Below are positions 61,601 through 64,000 of a stretch of DNA of 64,000 nt, in pieces (within the stretch, counting starts at the first letter, position 1; each line of letters starts with the position of its first letter). Under the pieces are notes generated by a model. It was not told the origin of the DNA. It ran no database searches and worked only from the letters and a program-made list of their open reading frames with translations. The position numbers were made by a program, and so were the translations under genes. Location of the stretch: positions 310,001 to 374,000 of the forward strand of contig NC_092357.1 in the NCBI RefSeq assembly GCF_963676685.1. Reading direction: 5' to 3'. Source of the stretch: Mytilus edulis (Eukaryota).

Positions 61601-63586
61601 AGAAGAAATTGATTGCATTAAACGTCGGGAACAAATTCATAAGCGGAGCCCGATAGCTAACTTAAATCCGTTTTTGGACGAACAAGGACTACTACGAGTA
61701 GGAGGCCGTATTGCCAAATCTGACTTAGACCTCCGTGAAAAGAAACCATTGATCGTCCCTGGACGCCATCATATAGCGACATTATTAGTTCGACACTACC
61801 ACAACAAGATAAAACATCAAGGTCGCCATTTCACAGATGGAGCGATTCGATCCGCAGGATATTGGATCGTAGGAGCAAAACGCTTGATCTCATCTATTAT
61901 TCACAAATGTGTGACATGCCGCAAACTCAGAGGAAAAACCGAGTATCAAATCATGTCTGATTTGCCAGAGGACCGTCTTGAACCTTCACCTCCGTTTACT
62001 AACGTTGGAATAGACACCTTTGGACCCTGGACAATTGTTTCACGTAAAACACGTGGTGGATACGCCAACTCAAAACGTTGGGCAATTTTATTCACATGCT
62101 TAGTGACAAGAGCTATTCACATCGAATTAATCGAGGAAATGAGTTCTTCAGCCTTCATAAACGCTGTCAGGAGATTCGCCGCTATAAGAGGCCAAGTTAA
62201 GATTTTCCGATCTGACCGTGGAACGAACTTTATCGGCGCAATCGACGATTTAAAGATTGACTCAATCAACGTTGAAGATGGACCCTTCAAGAACTTTCTG
62301 TACAATTCTGGTACAACTTGGATCTTCAATCCGCCGCATTCGTCCCACATGGGTGGAGCCTGGGAAAGAATGATTGGTATCACCAGGAGAATTCTTGATT
62401 CTATGCTTCTTAACGCAGCCGGAAGAAGCCTAACACATGACGTGCTCAACACACTAATGGCAGAAGTTTCAGCAATAGTGAACTCTAGACCTCTGGTACC
62501 GGTATCAACAGATCCAGAGAATCCGTTGATATTAACTCCGGCTATGTTATTGACACAGAAAACCGACTACATATTCACCTCAGATCATCTTGGAGAATTC
62601 GACAAACGAGATCTATGTCTTGCCGAATGGAGACGAGTACAGGCTCTTGCCAGTGTTTTCTGGTCCCGTTGGAGGAAGGAATACCTGCCGTTACTACAAC
62701 AACGACGAAAATGGACCGAAGATCGCCGTGATCTCATCGAAGGAGACGTCATTCTTTTAAAGGACAAAAACATTTGCCGTACCCAATGGCCCGTTGGAAT
62801 TATAGTGAACTCATTTAAAAGTTCAGACGAACATGTCCGAAAAGCAGAAGTGCGAGTAATCGTTAATGGAAAAGCCACAACCTACACACGCCCTATCGTG
62901 GACATGATTCTTCTCGTAGAGAACAACCCTGTGTAATTATATGTATATATATATATATATTGGATTTAGATAGGACATTCACATGTGTTATATTTTATGG
63001 AATAGTGATATCAGATAGATTTCAGACGGGGAGTATTCTGTTTCACATTCAATGTTTATTACATGTTTTCATATTTATCCGGAACAAATTGAACTGGACC
63101 GATTTCTCAAATCACCGTATTATCGACTACCTTTAATTTCTGTGACACCGTCCGCTTCAATATTTCAACACATGGAAAATGGACGACATTTGAACTTCCT
63201 ACGGAAATCGAGACATACCACTGTCAAGTACGTTTGATTCAATCATAAACTGTGATAAATTAATCTGTTTTAACTCCGTTATTTTTAGATAAGTGGTTTA
63301 TAAATACATACGAACTGTAAGTTATTTATTTCCGAGAAATGAACTGTAAATTCTACTTTCGTTTTTGACTCGATTAATAATCTTGTATTTAACATTCATA
63401 TTTAATTCGTACACATTGTAAAATATTGTATTTTTATTTCTTTCAGTTTACCAATCTACTGACTATTATGTAAACCTTTCTGGTGGAATTTATAATTACA
63501 ATTTCAAACAAGTTGTGTTCGTTATATCTTCATCGAGATTGCGATTGCAGTCACCTGGTTAAACTAGTTGAGTCCGGCTCAGCATA
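55678..63586 (+). mobile_element. Full-length, apparently intact BEL/Pao LTR retrotransposon; 553-bp LTRs at 55678-56230 and 63034-63586
   Basis: LTRs differ at 1 visible site. 5-bp TSD GTAAA at 55673-55677 and 63587-63591. PPT AGACGGGGAG. Single uninterrupted ORF. Confidence 0.96.
56391..62936 (+). CDS. BEL/Pao gag-pol polyprotein (~2181 aa from ATG 56391)
   Basis: Coiled-coil gag; three Cys/His clusters (CILH..HSLNEC, CYKCC..HRSREC, CKECGSKQHTTALH); protease IIDDQS; RT YVDD; RNase H VFSDAS; integrase H...H...CVTC, GIDTFG, SDRG, WERMI. Confidence 0.96.
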   Translation: MDPSHEEQQEEVQTPEGDVTEEPEENPSKTTNLDENAETRRVRELTEKGQGAFIEKRDKFYHDLEALWSNLESRLLETTNPPNDLQQLLTAQDKIVQACTNYRRLTDEYLKFLKNTKTLDSLQDIDTCKFSTDIRMSKVDLAIETLHEHRLTLTRAKSTKTKTSRGKKSSHSGSSHVSDISSLARKKRAKAEAARTQIAFAEKQALLLKQEAMIEEQTLFKQNEIKAEAEQEAIRAEQEAIRADQEATSRKAEAEQEATRRKAEAEQEAIRRNAEAAHQRAEMKREAIRRKTLMEQEAARATREKAEIKAAMNILEAQREAAAAEAEARVLEYDGSQAFSDLPDEKEDPLQRVQDFVNKLPVSTVVKEVTGPQKKKQIPVKIELSHEAPAFVPSVALNLLSQTSAVLPSDTKSPEVTSIPDLGLVTGIQKLGLSDEIPAEHQKQGVKEAIPVLRTKQDVIEEIPVSHQKQGVIEEIPVAHQQQINPTSEITRFLLRKDLLFSRLTSFNDRAESFHTWKASFKNVTDELQVSDSEQIDLLIKWLGPESAKHAISIRASNANNPTIGIQRLWKRLDERYGAPEMLEASLRSKLDKFPTLTNKDNARLYELSDILSEIEYHKENPKLGCLLAYFDSPTGINPVIEKLPYGLQEKWITRASRYKSNHGVAFPPFTELSAFISEISRIKNDPGLIFGSKVTPNTKGAAPRFTSYPKTKVGTHKTAVEQQSGDASKQGLCILHNTKHSLNECRAFRAKSIEERKGLLKENNVCYKCCDSTKHRSRECNARISCKECGSKQHTTALHITRPQQPASSQSSSPKQAYGGEPIESAETKATSVNSTCTEICKDAYSGKSCAKILPVNVYHKDNQDKVIRMYAIIDDQSNRSLASPEFFNLFDVKDKPENYTLSTCSGKVVTSGKRGRGFIMESINCTDKFDLPVLIECDHIPNNRDEIPTPEVTMHHPHLKELRGSIPPLDENCQILLLIGRDLIEAHHVLDQRIGPPRTPYAQQLKLGWVVIGETCINKQHVPFELNVKITNILPTGQPSTFQPCTSKFDIRENYTDPVTKDLQSPLFEKTKDDDKPGQSYEDKMFMKQMDNEFVRDSEGSWVAPLPFRVPRQPLPSNRPQALHRANMLDASLNRNPVKREHFLTFMSKILDNNHAELAPPLHEHEECWYLPLFGVYHPKKPDQIRGVFDSSAKCNGVSLNSVLLTGPDLTNDLLGVLLRFRKEMIAVTADVQHMFHCFVVRKDHRNYLRFLWHKNNDLQENLVEYRMRVHVFGNSPSPAVATLGLRKAAQASEQEFGSHVTSFVTRDFYVDDGLTSCPTKEEAVKLMKDTQQALSKYGNLRLHKFASNCAEVMSAFHASDLASNLKDLDLECDSKPLQRSLGLSWDVNTDNFLFQLSSENKPITRRGILSTINSLYDPLGFLAPVIIQGKLLLRKIVSETVDWDQPLSDETAAEWKSWRDTLIAIETLRIPRTYVPYLSKTATKELHVFSDASEKAIAAVAYLRTTDSSGEPNIGFILGKAKVAPTSGHTIPRLELSAAVLAVEITQTIVDNLDLHIDTVKFYTDSKVVLGYISNETRRFFIYVANRVEKIRKFSSPSQWNYVPTNRNPADSGTRSVPAHEIHSSEWLLGPRQLLSSEQKNSKDIYQLIDPEEDGEIRATVNVAKTFATLEHKGIGTERFNRFSNWTSLVRAIAFLERFSRLHGSKQAAPVNSLEGFSNAENFILISAQFEVYGEEIDCIKRREQIHKRSPIANLNPFLDEQGLLRVGGRIAKSDLDLREKKPLIVPGRHHIATLLVRHYHNKIKHQGRHFTDGAIRSAGYWIVGAKRLISSIIHKCVTCRKLRGKTEYQIMSDLPEDRLEPSPPFTNVGIDTFGPWTIVSRKTRGGYANSKRWAILFTCLVTRAIHIELIEEMSSSAFINAVRRFAAIRGQVKIFRSDRGTNFIGAIDDLKIDSINVEDGPFKNFLYNSGTTWIFNPPHSSHMGGAWERMIGITRRILDSMLLNAAGRSLTHDVLNTLMAEVSAIVNSRPLVPVSTDPENPLILTPAMLLTQKTDYIFTSDHLGEFDKRDLCLAEWRRVQALASVFWSRWRKEYLPLLQQRRKWTEDRRDLIEGDVILLKDKNICRTQWPVGIIVNSFKSSDEHVRKAEVRVIVNGKATTYTRPIVDMILLVENNPV

Positions 63587-64000
63587 GTAAAACTCTACCG
63601 GCAGTAACATAGAATTGTGTAACAATAGAACAATATTTGATGTAGCAATTGAAGGAACAATTCTGAGAGATGTAAAAGATTTTCCAAAAAGTTTATTAAA
63701 CAAATAAACAAATCTTCATCTACAAAACAATATCTTTTTCAGAAAAACAAAATATAAAAGTGATTATAAATCAATACATAAAAATATATTTCAAAAAAAT
63801 AAATAATAAATGCACAAACATATGAAATGCAAAATAAAGTAACAAAATACAAAAACAAAAAATATAAAATGTGTGGTGTGAAAAATAATAATAAAAAAAA
63901 TGTAATGGATGGAGTGAAAAATAATTTATGAGTATATATTACATACGTTTTTTAACGACTTTGACTGGCTGTAAAGCCCTCGCACGGTCGGTGAGTATAT

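Overview
AT-rich eukaryotic (metazoan) genomic DNA. It is most likely a bivalve such as Mytilus, inferred from the hammerhead retrozyme, the RING-less B-box/NHL genes and the repeat types; this was not verified by search. The window is almost entirely mobile DNA. In order: (1) a ~2.85-2.97 kb macrosatellite (3+ units, 1-12017), each unit carrying a ~300-nt highly self-complementary module and a ~30-bp minisatellite, interrupted by a 5'-truncated CR1/L2-group LINE; (2) a decayed MULE with SWIM and Ulp1 domains, fused by deletion to a B-box/coiled-coil pseudogene; (3) a decayed BEL/Pao copy; (4) a ~358-bp hammerhead retrozyme and a decayed Penelope-like RT; (5) an 18.4-kb Ty3/Gypsy element (29682-48073, GATT TSD); (6) an assembly gap, a Spy-like MITE and an intact B-box/coiled-coil/NHL host gene; (7) an apparently intact, very young BEL/Pao element with TA...TA LTR ends. 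The large Gypsy carries an intact extra SGNH/GDSL-hydrolase-like ORF upstream of gag, a -1 frameshift signal, a chromodomain-like integrase tail and six copies of a covarying bulged RNA hairpin. Nested in its 3' UTR are an intact Neptune-like Penelope element and a second Gypsy with non-TG/CA LTR ends. The best candidate for an undescribed system is this esterase-carrying LTR retrotransposon with its repeated RNA hairpin. All calls were made by eye; no database searches were run.
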